A stretch of DNA of 64,000 bases from Eledone cirrhosa. Taxonomy: Eukaryota. Made by a program: the position numbers and the translations under genes. Positions 1-12,595 of the stretch are shown in pieces. The number at the start of each line of letters is the position of its first letter. Within the stretch, counting starts at the first letter, position 1. Under the pieces are notes generated by a model, which made no database searches, was not told the DNA's origin, and was given only the letters and a program-made list of their open reading frames with translations. The stretch spans positions 115,940,001-116,004,000 of the forward strand of contig OZ024741.1 of NCBI GenBank assembly GCA_964016885.1, read 5' to 3'.

Positions 1-2597
1 GATATCCCCTGGCCTACTGTCCCCTCCTTCAGTACAGCTCTGAGCATTGGCTCCTTACTATAGGTCAGGTATTTGTATAGGTTGTTTTTCTCCATCTGAA
101 CACAGTCCTCTATGCTGATAAGACCTCTTCCACCCTCAGATCTCCTTAGGTAGAGTCTATCGACATCACTCCTCTTGTGGAACATGTTGTAGATAGTCAA
201 TAGCTTCCTAGTCTTCCTATCCATTTCTTTTTGTTCAGCAACATTCCATCTCAGAATTCCCGCACTGTACCTAATAATAGACACAGCTCGGGAATTTACT
301 GCGCTTATGGCATTTCTGCTGTTCAGATGTGACTTCAATACGCTCCTTACTCTCCGAATGTATTCAGTTCTTAACAATTCCTTCATTTTTTTGTTCTTTA
401 TGCCATCAGCCTCCAGAACGCCCAAATACTTGTATCCTTCCTCAGAGTCAATTTCCTTTATCATCTCACCTGTTGGTATCTGGATCCCGTTACTTCTGCT
501 CAACCTACCCCTCTTCATCACAATGACTCCACATTTACCAATACCAAACTGCATACATATATCACTGCTGAAAATACGGACAGTGTCAACAAGCACATCC
601 AACTCCTTCTCACTTTTCCCGAAGAGCTTAAGATCGTCCATGAAGAGGAGGTGATTGATGGTAAGCTCTCCCCTTCCCAACTTGTATCCTGCTCTCACTT
701 TTCGCAGCATAATGGTCAAGGGCATCAGGGCAAGGACAAACAACAGAGGGGACAGGCTATCTCCCTGGAAGATACCTCTCTTGATCTTCACGCTTCCCAA
801 GGATACTCCAGTTGATGTCAACTCTGTCTCCCAGGACCCCATACTCCTGCCCAGCAACTGTCTGATGTTATCTGCCACCCTGAAGATCTCCAGGCTTTTG
901 GTGATCCAGGAATGAGGCACCATGTCAAATGCCTTTCTGTAGTCTATCCATCCCATGGCAAGATCAGTGTGTCTCCTCCTGCAATTCCCCATTACCATCT
1001 TATCAATAAGCAACTGGTCCTTTGTACCACGTGACTTCTTTCGGCATCCTTTCTGTTCGTCCGGTAACAAGTTGTTTGTGTGGAGGTGATGGCAGATTTC
1101 CTCAGACACAATGCTCGTCAACAGTTTCCACATTACGGGCAGACATGTGATAGGTCTATAGTTGGTAACATCATTACCCTTGATTCGGTCTTTCATTATC
1201 AGAACTGTGGTACCTTTTGTCAACCACTCTGGCACCTCACCCGACACCAAGCAGTCATTGAACATGGCCGTCAGCTTCGGGTGGAGGGATGTTAAATGTT
1301 TAATCCAATACCCCTGCACACCATCTGGGCCTGGTGATTTCCAGTTGGTTAGTTTTTTGGCTTGCCCCTTAAGAGTTTCAACTGTGATACTCAAATCAGT
1401 CTGTTGTTGTGCCTGCTCACCGATCTCCCTCTGTACTGTCTCAATCCACCCTGCCTGGGCATTGTGTCTAACATCCTGCTCCCATATTCCTCTCCAGAAT
1501 GTTTTAGCTTGTTCCGCCCCAGGGATCAAGTCGTTGCCTCTTTCTTTCCCCTCAAGCTGTCCAAACAGCATCTTCTGGTTGTTGTCGAACATGCGGTTCT
1601 GTTTATACTGACTGACTCTGTTCTCGTATCGCCTGATTTTGGCACTCTTTGCTACAATGCGTTGCTTCAATTCCTCTATGATAATATTTAGCTTTTTACT
1701 CCTAGTTTTGTATTTTATTTCCAGTCTATTTTTAGTGCCTATGTTTTTTAGTGTCCCATTCAGTAGTGACTCAAGCTTTCCTATGTCATTTCTCATTTCC
1801 CCGATTTGCCCACTCAGTCGCTTCTTCCACCACGGCTCTGCTCTTTCTTGTCTGTTGTTTCCTCTCGCTTTTATACCAAGTAGTTTCCTCACCGTATTTG
1901 CTGTTGCTTTGAGGATATTGTTGCACTGGTGAAGACTCCTCGCCTCAAGGTATGGGATGACTTTGTTTACCTTAGCTGTTGTTTCTTTTAACTTTTTCCT
2001 GTCTACAAATCTTAGGTTCATAGGTCTCCCACTATCATTGTTCAACTCATCTACCACTAAATTTAGGATGTCAACCGAATCTTGTCCTAGCCCGTCAGCA
2101 TTCATCTCCTCGGTGGCCGTATCTCTGTTCCAGGTATTATTTATCTCAGTATTCAGATCATTGTCTGCTTCGGGTGGTTCCTCCGTTCTCAGGACCTCCT
2201 CACCTTCATTTCCCACCGGCTCGCTTGTCTGGCATACTACACCCGCCATCTCCAAGCCATTCTCTCTGCTCAGTTCCTCCAGTTCCAGCTCGCTTATCCA
2301 CCCATTAGTTCTTATTACCCGAGCCTGCCCGGCCAATTTTTGTTCATCTAATTTAAATAAACCAATCTCGTTCCAGATGTTATGCATCCGTCTCCTGTAG
2401 CCCCTCTCCTTGGGGTTACTTTTCAGGTAGCATTGCATAACAGTTCTATTCAATTCTTTCGTCCAGTTGGTTCTGGCCCCTTTCCTTCTTCTTCTTCCTC
2501 CAACATCAGCAGTATTTGGTTGACAGTCAGGTTCCTGCTGCTGAGCCAGGGGGCACCTGTTGGGTGAGAGTCTGTCACATGACGTTCTAGTCTCCAT
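1..2597 (-). CDS. R4/Dong polyprotein (N-terminal Myb-like region plus RT), partial and apparently uninterrupted
   Basis: Motifs [44 protein letters not shown]. No minus-strand ORF is closed in 1-2600 in the ORF track, consistent with an open frame running off the edge. The first ATG of the other copies is ATA here, so the next ATG (2597) is used. Confidence 0.75.
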   Translation of the reverse strand, partial: METRTSCDRLSPNRCPLAQQQEPDCQPNTADVGGRRRRKGARTNWTKELNRTVMQCYLKSNPKERGYRRRMHNIWNEIGLFKLDEQKLAGQARVIRTNGWISELELEELSRENGLEMAGVVCQTSEPVGNEGEEVLRTEEPPEADNDLNTEINNTWNRDTATEEMNADGLGQDSVDILNLVVDELNNDSGRPMNLRFVDRKKLKETTAKVNKVIPYLEARSLHQCNNILKATANTVRKLLGIKARGNNRQERAEPWWKKRLSGQIGEMRNDIGKLESLLNGTLKNIGTKNRLEIKYKTRSKKLNIIIEELKQRIVAKSAKIRRYENRVSQYKQNRMFDNNQKMLFGQLEGKERGNDLIPGAEQAKTFWRGIWEQDVRHNAQAGWIETVQREIGEQAQQQTDLSITVETLKGQAKKLTNWKSPGPDGVQGYWIKHLTSLHPKLTAMFNDCLVSGEVPEWLTKGTTVLIMKDRIKGNDVTNYRPITCLPVMWKLLTSIVSEEICHHLHTNNLLPDEQKGCRKKSRGTKDQLLIDKMVMGNCRRRHTDLAMGWIDYRKAFDMVPHSWITKSLEIFRVADNIRQLLGRSMGSWETELTSTGVSLGSVKIKRGIFQGDSLSPLLFVLALMPLTIMLRKVRAGYKLGRGELTINHLLFMDDLKLFGKSEKELDVLVDTVRIFSSDICMQFGIGKCGVIVMKRGRLSRSNGIQIPTGEMIKEIDSEEGYKYLGVLEADGIKNKKMKELLRTEYIRRVRSVLKSHLNSRNAISAVNSRAVSIIRYSAGILRWNVAEQKEMDRKTRKLLTIYNMFHKRSDVDRLYLRRSEGGRGLISIEDCVQMEKNNLYKYLTYSKEPMLRAVLKEGTVGQGI

Positions 2598-3670
2598 TTC
2601 ACCGTTATTCGAACTGTTTATGTTCGATATTTAAACACTCTTATCGAGGATTGGCGAATGTATGTTTACATAGCCATCTGTGGATCCGCCATCCCACTTG
2701 GCCCTTGTGTGGCATTATCACCACGCTGTATACGAACACACATAAACAAACAAACACACGGGCAGAAAGGGCCCCAAAAATGAATAAGCATAAGTTTCAT
2801 TGTAATGTAGTATTCGAATGTCTGACTTAGTTTTTGTTTTTTAAGTTTTACTTTTTCCCCCCTCTTCTCTGTCCGCCCGCCTGCTTCTCTCTTCATTCTT
2901 ATTTTCTTTACGTTTTTGGGGTTTCTTTTTTTGTTTTTGTTTTTCTCTGTTTGTTTTCTCGTTTTTTGCTGTTGTTGCTGTGCTGCTTTGGTTTTGTTGT
3001 TTGTTTTTTCTTTTTTCTTTTGAGTCTATCTATATATTTTGATGCCTTCCTCTTTGTTAGTAGTAGGAATTCTATAATGTGGAAGTGGCAGCCAGCAGAG
3101 ACTGGCGGCGTTGGCGATACTGAGACAGTGGTGGTGGTGATGTCGATACCGAGGCAGTGGTGGCGGTGATGCGACCGTATTACTGTAGTGATGGTGCTGT
3201 AGCGGTGGCAGCAGCAGTGAAGGAGTCAAGGGGTGGTGGCGGCGGTGATGGGATAGTGGTGGTAATGATGGCCGTAGTGAGCGGTGGCGGTGAAGGTGAA
3301 AATGCTGTTGTGTTTAGTGTACACAGATGATGGGGTGGGTGGTGTATCTAGTTTCTGGTGTTGGTGAGTTTAGCTGTCCTATATAGTGTAGCCAGAGGAG
3401 AGGAGGGGGGGGGGGGTTCTTCTTCTTCCATTTATAGCCATTTTTTTTTTTTTTTTTTGGATATACAGTGTACAATACAAAGTTGAATATTTGAATATTT
3501 GAGCCTTATAACAATATATTTTGGGTCCGAATTTTTTGGGGCTCAAGCCGGGTGCGTTACGTAGCATTTGTACTAAGAGTTGTTATTTCACAAATGATTT
3601 AAATATGTTAAAAATTCAAAACTTACGGGTGCTATTTCATGACCTCCGTCACCTCGTGCGTCTTCTTCCC
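1..3670 (-). mobile_element. R4/Dong-like RLE non-LTR retrotransposon, family A copy 1 (5' leader plus ORF; 3' part runs off the window)
   Basis: Reverse complement closely matches the elements at 53453-57165 and 57205-61653. The 5' end GGGAAGAAG abuts the (TTA)n tract at 3671-3728. Confidence 0.9.

Positions 3671-3728
<58 letters not shown>
3671..3728. repeat. (TTA)n microsatellite between two R4-like elements
   Basis: Direct reading; analogous tracts at 8719-8773, 42885-42915, 44883-44953, 48219-48240, 53420-53452, 57165-57198, 61654-61675. Confidence 0.97.
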
Positions 3729-6700
3729 TGCATTTATCTTGCTTTATGTTCATACGAGTTATCACCAAGTCACAACCAGTGACCTCAAGAGACAACAAGG
3801 TCCGCCATGTTCAAGAAAGAACATACATATTCACACATGCATCCTTAGTGTTTAGACTTGTGATGTACTTATATTGACAGGATCTTCCTTAGTATATGGG
3901 CAGTTCCCATTAGTACTATCTTTTGTATTTCTCCTATACGCGGGTTTCCTGGGATTTGCGATAAGTAGTCGTTAGACCCCTTAGGTATCATTCCCAGAGC
4001 GCCTACAACCACTGGTATTGTTTAAGTTCTCAATTTCCACATTTTTCCAATTTCTATCTCCAGGTCCTTACACTTGCTCAATTTTTCAAATGTTTTTATA
4101 GATACATTCTTGTCTATTGGAACAGACATATCAATTAGCAGGCATACCCTCCTTTGAAAGTCCTTCAATATTATATCAGGTCTATTTGCATCTATTTTTC
4201 GGTCTGTTTGGATGCTAAAGTTCCACAAGATTGAGATGTGATCTTTTTCAAGTATGGGAGGTGGTTGATGCTCACACCAATTCTTTTGATGGGGCAGGTC
4301 AAAATGCTTACACATTATCCAATGTATGTATTGTGCAGCTCTGTCATGCCTGTTTAGGTATTCGGTTGGAGCTATAGGACTGCACATTGAAATTATATGG
4401 TCAATGGTCTCTGGTTGTTTTTTGCATACACGGCATAATGGGCTGCACCCATTTTTTATTATGTTGGCTTGGTAATTTTTTGTTGGCAGGCACTAATCTT
4501 GTGCCGATATAATCAGTCCTTCAGTCTCCGATTTCAGTCCAGAGGATGCCAACCACTGATGGGTTAAGGTTTTGTCAACATCAGGATTGTTAGCTCGCTC
4601 TGGGTATTTTTCATACAGAGGCTTTACTTGCCATTTCTTAGCCAGTTTCTGTAGCGGTTCTTTCTTTGCAGTTACTTTTACCTGCTTTGCTTTTTCTGTA
4701 TTTTCCATTTCAGCAGTAAATGGGACTTCCGAAATGTGTAGTCCATTACTGTATCTTTGTGCATCTTTTGTAATGGAATATGATCTTTTGATGCTTTCGT
4801 GTTTCAAAACGAGTTTGATCATCCAATCATGTGATTCCCTTAGATATGTGGATAATCCAATTGTTGCAGTTTTCAACGCAATGTCTAACTGGATTAACCC
4901 ACGTCCTCCTTCTTTCCTAGGGAGATATATTCTATCTATGTCTGCCTTAGGGTGATGCATTCTGTGCATGGTTAAGAATTTTCGGATTTTTGTATCGAGC
5001 CTACGGATCTCTGTGCTTGACCAGTTGATGACATTGTAACTGTAGGTTACTACTGGTATGGCAAGCGTGTTTATGGATTCGATCCTATTCCTTGCATTCA
5101 ATTCCGTTCTTAAGATTGCTCTGACTCTGCGGTAACATTCCTTCCTTATCCTTTCCCTCATTCTCGAGTGCTTGATTCCGTCTCCTTCACAAACACCTAG
5201 ATATTTGTAAGTTTTTTCTTGATCAAGCTCTCTTATCACGTTCCCCCGATCAAGATTAATGTCTGAACTCTTCAGCAGCTTTCCTCTGGTGAACGTTGCT
5301 TTGGCGCATTTATCCAGTCCAAACTCCATTTTAATGTCATCACTGAACTGCTTCACAGTGGATAATAGCCCTTGCAATTGTTCATCATTTTTTGCAAATA
5401 GTTTCACGTCATCCATGTAGAACAAGTGATTAATGGTTTTGTCATAGACTCTATATCCATGTTTTGTTTCGTTGAGCATTTTACTTAATGGTATAAGTGC
5501 GATGCAGAATAAAAGCGGTGATAAAGAGTCACCCTGAAAAATTCCACAATTAATATTAACTACTTCAGCTTCCAGTGATTTTGTTTCACTATTCAAAATG
5601 AGTGTCGTTCTCCATGTCTTCATACTGAATGAGAAAAACCTCCTGACAACGGGGGATATTTTGAAAATCTCTAAACATTTTTCAATCCAACTGTGTGGCA
5701 AACTATCGAATGCTTTTTTATAATCTATCCAAGCAATCGATAGATTTTTGTGTCTATTATGACAATCTTCCAGTATCATTGTTAATCAGAAGCTGATCCT
5801 TACAGCCATATGAGCCTCGTTTACACCATTTCTGCTCAATGGGAAATAGGTCATTTGTTATCAGGTGGTCATATGTGTATTCAGTTAGGACTGATGTTAA
5901 CATTTTATACATTGTGGTCAAGCAGGTTATCGGTCTGTAATTTTGGGGATTGTTTGTCTCATCATTCTTCGGTAGCAGGAATGTAATGCCGTTAACTAGC
6001 CATGATGGTATCTTTTCTGGCTCCTTAACTATTTCATTGTAAAATTGGGCTAACAGCTCATGAGACTCTGTGAAGGCATTTATCCAAAAGATTTGTATTT
6101 TGTCTTTTCCTGGGCATTTTCATTTGCTGGTTTTTCTTAGAGCCAAGCGCAACTGTTCAACTGTTATATTTTCCCATGTTTGTTCTTCAAGGTGAGCTGT
6201 TTCATTCATTTGTCTGTCTATCCATGGGGCATGTATGTTATGAACTTTTCCTTCGGCCCAGATCTTTTCCCAGAATTCTTGCACTTCCTCCTTGGGTGGT
6301 ATTGATTTAGCAGTTATTGTTGACTTACCAATTTTTCTGTAGAAGTTTCTTTGGTTGTTTTTGAACATATTATTGTCCTTATAGAATACCAGTAATGCAC
6401 TGGGTAATTGCTGGCCTTGTGCCTAAAGTAGAAACAATTATTGTCCTTATAGAATCTAGATCGTTTTTCAAAGCGCCTTATACGAGCAGCTTTGGCCGAC
6501 ACTTTTTGCTTGATTATTTCTATCAGCATGTCTATGTCACATGTTGATTTTATACTGTACTTTTTTTTCAATTTTCTAAGTTTAGTTTGTTTAACATGTT
6601 CACCTACTTTATAGTTTGTTAAAATTTCTATGTCAGATCGGAGAAGGTTTATTTGGCGATTGATGTTCTCTTGCCAAGTAGATTTCTTGTGGGAATTCCT

Positions 6701-7760
6701 TTGTTTTTTCATCTTCACTCCACATAAGTGAGTGGTGACTTTAGCCGATGCATAATAGAGATGATTTAAATCAGTAATGTTTAGTTTGTTTGTGATGATA
6801 ATGGTTTTGAGAATTATGTTAGTCTTGTGTATTATCTTTTGGTTCTGTTTGGAGTTTTGGTTCTTAGGGAGGGTGTCTCGTTGCTCCATGTCAGATTCTT
6901 TCATTTTCATCCATTCGATCATAATTTCATCCTTCAAGTTGGCAAGTTCATTCTCATTCATTTCTTTATCATTTACGATCTCATTATTTTCATTTGGAGT
7001 TTCATCCTGAGCATGCACTCCCTCTCACTTTTTCGATCCTTTCTTTAATTTGTTCTGTTGCCAGTGATTCCGCCCCAACCCTGGGGTTCGAAGTGTTACA
7101 GTTTACCTCGTTTTCACTGACACATGTTTCATTTTCCCTTCGCTGACTTTGTGCTAATAGCTTGATCTGATCACTTTCTATATCAGTTAGTAACTTTTTT
7201 CTTACAATATTTCTTCGTATATTGGCTAGTTTGTTACTGTCAATATAGCCTCTGTTTTCGGGATGTTTCTTTTTCCAGTTGATATATGTCTGTTCTGTAT
7301 TCGATGTATTTGATGGGTAGTACTTGGTAGTGCAGAAAGCCTCAAGGACTTCTTTATTATCTTCCCTTGACCATTTTTCTCTCTTTTTCTTTGGATTTCT
7401 TGGTGGGGAGCATGGAGGGCCAACAGTAGGAGTATTCCGGTTATGGGAGGTCTCCAGCTCCGAAGTAATGGAAAGGTTTGAACCATTAGCTGATTTTTCG
7501 ACTCCAGTCTGGTTCCTCTCTGAGGGACGTGGCCCTTTTTTACGGCCGATCCGGTATGAGATTTTATCATTAGACATTTACTTTATTTTGTCGCGTTTTA
7601 TTTTTATCCGCCAAGGGGTAATCATTTCGTGTTACCACTTCTAGAACGAGTGTCAACCAAGACTAGAGGGGTCGTTCTCCCCTAGCGACACGGCTATTCC
7701 CCGCCGGCCGCCATCCCGGTATTTCTTGGTCACGGGGTTTTCTTTTTTGTTGTTTTTTTT
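3729..7760 (-). mobile_element. R4/Dong-like RLE retrotransposon, family B, degenerate (ORF about 7577 to 3869 with stops and frameshifts)
   Basis: REKWSRED N-terminus, [21 protein letters not shown] knuckle (CRVC...TIDHI), RLE motif NRPDIILKD...LIDMSVP, C-terminal GTAHILRKILSI*. Confidence 0.9.
6387..6441 (+). mobile_element. 5'-truncated SINE tail inserted in R4 family B ORF
   Basis: ACCAGTAATGCACTGGGTAATTGCTGGCCTTGTGCCTAAAGTAGAAAC flanked by target duplication ATTATTGTCCTTATAGAAT. Another tail lies at about 7830-7876 (minus). Confidence 0.85.
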
Positions 7761-7879
7761 AAATTGTTATTATCATGAGTGGTTCCTTAATGTGAGCACT
7801 GCGTGGCTTAAGAATGAAATTATTAATAATTGTCTCCACTCCAGGCACAAGGCCAGCAATCACCCAGTGCATTACAATA

Positions 7880-8718
7880 ATATAATATACTTTTTGTTGT
7901 AGTTGGCTGTTATTGTTGTTGGCTATGTCGATGGTGGTGCCGGGGCTTTTTATATTGTTGGTGAGGAAGGGGTGAACCAGCAGTCCCATAGTTGTTGATG
8001 TTGACGTTTGGTCGGTGGCCAGGTCACTAAGTCAATCTATTTATATCTTTTGCTAGCCTCTCCCTTGTCTAGCGATACCGCCACCTTCCCCTTTCTCTCT
8101 CAAGTTAACAGGGGAATAGTGGTGGTAGCATTTAAGGAGTGTTGGCGGCGACGATGGGATAGTGGTAGAAATGATGGATGTGGTGGGGTGGTGGCAGCGG
8201 TGGCGTTGTGTTTACTGATATGTAGTATCTATGAGTTTGTGTTTGTATGTTTAATATATATTTTTATTATATTTTGTGTTGACATATTCCCGTAAAATTG
8301 GAATTAAACATTTTTTTTAAATTTGAGACAATAATAATAGTAATTCTTATTATGATGCTGGTGAAATTGCCGTTAACTGGCTGTTATATTTAGTGTGATG
8401 GGATAGGTGGTGTATCAAGTTTCTGGTGTTGGTGAAATTGCTGTTATTTGGCTGTTCTATATAGTGTAGACAGAGGGTGTTTTTTTTCCCATTTATAACC
8501 ATTTTCTTTTTTTGAATACAAAATATATAATACAAAATTGAATATTTGAGCGATACAACAATATAATATGGATCCGAAACTTTATGGGACCTGATTCGGT
8601 GGTTTATGCAACATTTGTACTAAGAATTGTTATTTCACAATTGATTTAAATATGTGAAAAATCAAAAACTTACGGGAGCGATTTCATGACCTTCTACCAC
8701 CTCGCGGGTCTTCTTCCC
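7880..8718 (-). mobile_element. R4-associated 5' leader homologous to 3000-3670 and 57205-57700
   Basis: Shared start GGGAAGAAGAC...GAAATCGCTCCCGTAAGTTTTTGA...AAAAAATGG(C/T)TATAAATGG and downstream CAC-rich tract. Confidence 0.75.
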
Positions 8719-8772
<54 letters not shown>

Positions 8773-8774
<2 letters not shown>

Positions 8775-10447
8775 GGCGACCTACGTAGCAAATCGTATTA
8801 TCGTGAGCTCCACAAAGGTTTGTTGTTTTCAGTTGTTTCAAATTGCCAGTTATGGAAAGTTTTTGTTGTTAAGTGTTTATAAGTTCACATATATTGCTTT
8901 GTGAAAAGGACACTCAATAATATTGGGGCCTTGAGCCCAAAATTTAAACATTTTATTTATCAAACAAAATATTTCTTCGAAAAAAAATACATGGGCGACA
9001 AATCTCCCGTTTTTAACAGACTAAAATCTCCCACCCCCACCACCATTGTAAACCTTGCTACGGTTGCTAACACTGAAAATATAATTAATAGCAGTCTCAA
9101 TTATTTAAATTTGCTGCATACAGAGATGGATTTACCGCCATTACCAATAACTGCAGCTGTTAAAGCCGCCAACTCCACCACCACAATGTCAAAAAGAACA
9201 ACCAACACCGTTGATACCACCACCACCACTACCACCACAGCGACAACAGAAAAAACAACAACAAAATTATTATCTTGTGACATCGAAATGGATTCACCCA
9301 GAATCGACTTTTCTACGCCGAACTCCACTACAACTGAAACTAAAAATAAGAATAACAGAATCGACTTTTCTACGCCCATCTCCACTACAACTGAAACTAA
9401 AAATAAGAATAACAAAAATAACAATAACAACAACAGCAACAACAACAACAATAAGAATAACAAGAACAACATCAACACCAGCGTAAAACAAAATGTGTCG
9501 TTTGCCAAAGCCGCCAAGAAAAGCGAAACAATCGAGGTAAGCCAGGATGAATTGAATGAAGCCAAGCGAATGGTAAAAAAAGATGGGTACAGGGTCAGCC
9601 CCCCCCCCATCTAATAAAATGGAGCATCGGTGCCTATGTACCGTGTGACATCGTACGATAAACACAAAATCACGCTGAATGGAACGGGCATCCGAGTCCC
9701 AGATACAGAATCTTTGGGACAAGTGTGGGCGAAAAAAACCCACATTAGACGTGGGCTGAAATATGGAACCATGGACGTGCTCTTTGGAACCCCACAGGAA
9801 ACCACAGAGCACTCCATGGCCCCATTAAGAAGTGACGCGTTCACACTCATCCCAAGCTATTGTGGTCAGAGACTCGTGAAGATCAGGGTGACCCACGTTC
9901 CGCTGGCCATCGAAATTCTCTGACTAATGGTTGCCGCCCTCGCCGACATCGAGGCCAACACTAAAATAATTGAGGTAACAACATTAAAGCAGGAGAACTG
10001 CTCCGGATCGGGGATGGAGCTCCTGATCCAAGTGGGCCAAAAAAACATTGAGGAAATTCCAGAGGTGATAGACCTCAATGACGGCAGTCACATCACCGTA
10101 ATCGTTGAGGGTAGCAGGCCTAGGTGTGTCATTTGTGGCGAAGGAACCCACATAAAGGCTTTCTGCCCTCAGGCTAAAAAGTTCAGGCCACCTCTCCTAC
10201 CCACCCCAGTGACTCAACCATCAAAACCACCCCCAGCAGAAATGGCAGCAACAACTGTAGTAGCAACAACAGAAGCAACTGTAGCAGCAACAACCCCAGC
10301 AACTGTAGCAGCAACATAGCAAAACCAACACCACCACCACTCACCGCACTAGAATTAGCACCAGCGCCTCCACCACGTCACAACCAAATCCAACGCTTGT
10401 GGAGGATTTTCCACTCCCCGATCTATCGCAACTGGAGACAGACTGTA
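8773..10447 (+). mobile_element. L1/Tx1-like retrotransposon 5' part (5' UTR plus disrupted gag-like ORF1), cut off by a Penelope element
   Basis: Zinc knuckle RPRCVICGEGTHIKAFCP and Thr/Asn-rich N-terminus; homologous to 51880-53420 (minus). Confidence 0.85.
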
Positions 10448-10494
10448 GTTTCTAGCTATATTAGCTCCGCATACGTGTCTCCTACTTCCTCTCA

Positions 10495-11982
10495 ATGGTT
10501 ATGCGCCCCATAATCAAGATGTCCCCAGATGTATGTGATAGTACAGAGGACCTCCTCAGCAGAATCAGTGAGTGCAACAAAAACAGGAACCTATCCAACT
10601 GCATAATAGGCAGCATGGATGTTGTATCACTGTACCCATCCATTAACATTGATTTTGCTGTGGAAAAATGTGTGGAGATGATCATTGAGAGTGAGGTGGA
10701 GTTCTGCGACGTCGACACAGACGAACTGAGCCTCCTACTTAGACTTACCTACGACACTGACTACCTAGACAGGCATGACCTTAGACGTTTCTGCCCTAGT
10801 AGACCCATAAGAGGTAGACCTCCCACCATAACCTCAATGGCAAAAAAGACTCCCATGGGAAGGTGGATTGGGTGGACCAAAGCTATACGGACCCCCCAAA
10901 ACAATGATCAGGTAAGAAAAATGGTCGCACATGCAATAGGTGCTAGTATCAAAACTACCCTAAAGGGCCACATATTCAAGTTCAACGAGAAGATCTACAC
11001 CCAAAACGAGGGAGCAGCCATTGGTGTCAGCATAGTTCGTGATGTTGCAAACCTTTTTATGGTATGGTGGGAAAAGAGACTTAAAGATCTCCTTATTGAG
11101 AGCTCCATAAACCTCATCATGTACTCTCGTTACGTAGACGATATCAATATAGTTATAAGAACTTCCCCACTAGAGAGCACTAACAAGTTTGATTTAGAAC
11201 GTAGCACAATGGAAAGCATCCAGCAGATAGATAATTCCATACACCAGAGTATAACTGTAACTATCGACTACCCTTCCAAACACCCTAACAATAGGCTACC
11301 TGTATTAGACACGGAACTCTGGATTAACACTATAGACGAGAGAGCCCAAATTCTCCACTCACACTATGCTAAACCCATGGCCTCCAAATACCTAATACTC
11401 AAAAACTCAGCAATGTCCAGTAGTGCTAAGTTTAATATTCTGAGCGCAGATTTGGTACGAGTGATGAAGAATGTGTCCCGCATGTGCGACCCAACAGAAG
11501 TGGAAAGACACATCCAACACTTCATCAACCGCATCCGGTTCTCTGGCTACAACCAAAGAGACAGAGTCAGAGTATACGAAGGAGCCATGGAGAAGTATAA
11601 GACCCTCATAGGACTGGACATGAAAGGAATTTTCCCATTATACAGGAGCAAATCATGCAATAGCTTAAATAGGGCTAGACATAAGATAGGGAAATCTACC
11701 TCATGGTACGACAACCAGAGATACCAGAGTGTCATGTTTGTGGACGCTACCCCTGGAGGGAAATTAGCTAACCAGTGTAGAAAGGCCCTGAGAAAGACCC
11801 ACTTAAAGAATAAGGTGGTAGAAAAGCCAGGAACCACCATAAAATCCCTGATCAGCAAAACCTACCCTTTTAAGAAAACCCACTGTACTAATAGGAAATG
11901 TATCATATGTAAGGTAAACCTCCGGATAAACTGTAAAACTAGAAACGTAGTCTATAGCATAAGATGTACAGAGGGTACTTGA
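10495..11982 (+). CDS. Penelope-type reverse transcriptase (495 aa, truncated)
   Basis: ORF track; RT motifs as above. Confidence 0.8.
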   Translation: MVMRPIIKMSPDVCDSTEDLLSRISECNKNRNLSNCIIGSMDVVSLYPSINIDFAVEKCVEMIIESEVEFCDVDTDELSLLLRLTYDTDYLDRHDLRRFCPSRPIRGRPPTITSMAKKTPMGRWIGWTKAIRTPQNNDQVRKMVAHAIGASIKTTLKGHIFKFNEKIYTQNEGAAIGVSIVRDVANLFMVWWEKRLKDLLIESSINLIMYSRYVDDINIVIRTSPLESTNKFDLERSTMESIQQIDNSIHQSITVTIDYPSKHPNNRLPVLDTELWINTIDERAQILHSHYAKPMASKYLILKNSAMSSSAKFNILSADLVRVMKNVSRMCDPTEVERHIQHFINRIRFSGYNQRDRVRVYEGAMEKYKTLIGLDMKGIFPLYRSKSCNSLNRARHKIGKSTSWYDNQRYQSVMFVDATPGGKLANQCRKALRKTHLKNKVVEKPGTTIKSLISKTYPFKKTHCTNRKCIICKVNLRINCKTRNVVYSIRCTEGT

Positions 11983-12546
11983 AGAAGCATGACAACATAC
12001 ATAGACGAGACAGCTCGTAGCATAGGTGAAAGGATAGACCAACACTGGGGGAACTAAAAAGACGAAAAAACGGGTCAGTACTATACGAACATGCTAGACA
12101 ACAACATGACGGTAACATAGACAACATAGAAATTAAAATAATATCTAAACATAGAAATGACCCAGCAGATAGGCAAATCAGAGAGGCCAGTGAAATAGAA
12201 CTTAGAAGGCCAAGACTAAACAGAAAGAATGAATGGAATAACAACAACACCCAAACAAACAACACTGACCTAAGAGAAGTATAAATAAATAAATAAATAG
12301 ATAAATAAATAAAAAAATACATACACAAGCACAATAACAACAAACACATATAAACACACACTAGTAAAGATACCAATACACAGTCACCCAATCACGAACA
12401 CACATCAAACAAAACACTAAACACACGCACAAACGCATGCGCAAAGAAGACAAAATAAAATAAACAATCAAACAAATAAATAAATAAATATATAAACAGA
12501 CTAAATAAAGATGGCGTAGCCATACAACGTAACGGGATGAAACAAT

Positions 12547-12595
12547 AGCACCACTGACGATGTTGCAGATGTGCAACGAAAGAACTTTGATAAAC
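12547..12595 (+). ncRNA. Degenerate type I hammerhead ribozyme in Penelope 3' terminal repeat
   Basis: CTGACGA-t-GTTGCA-gatg-TGCAAC-GAAA; stems I and III weak. Confidence 0.6.

Noticed and set aside
307-2567. Plus-strand ORFs recurring antisense to R4 copies (also 53707-55987 and 58262-60816, minus)
   Set aside because: Antisense shadows of the RT frame; they recur only because the element is repeated.
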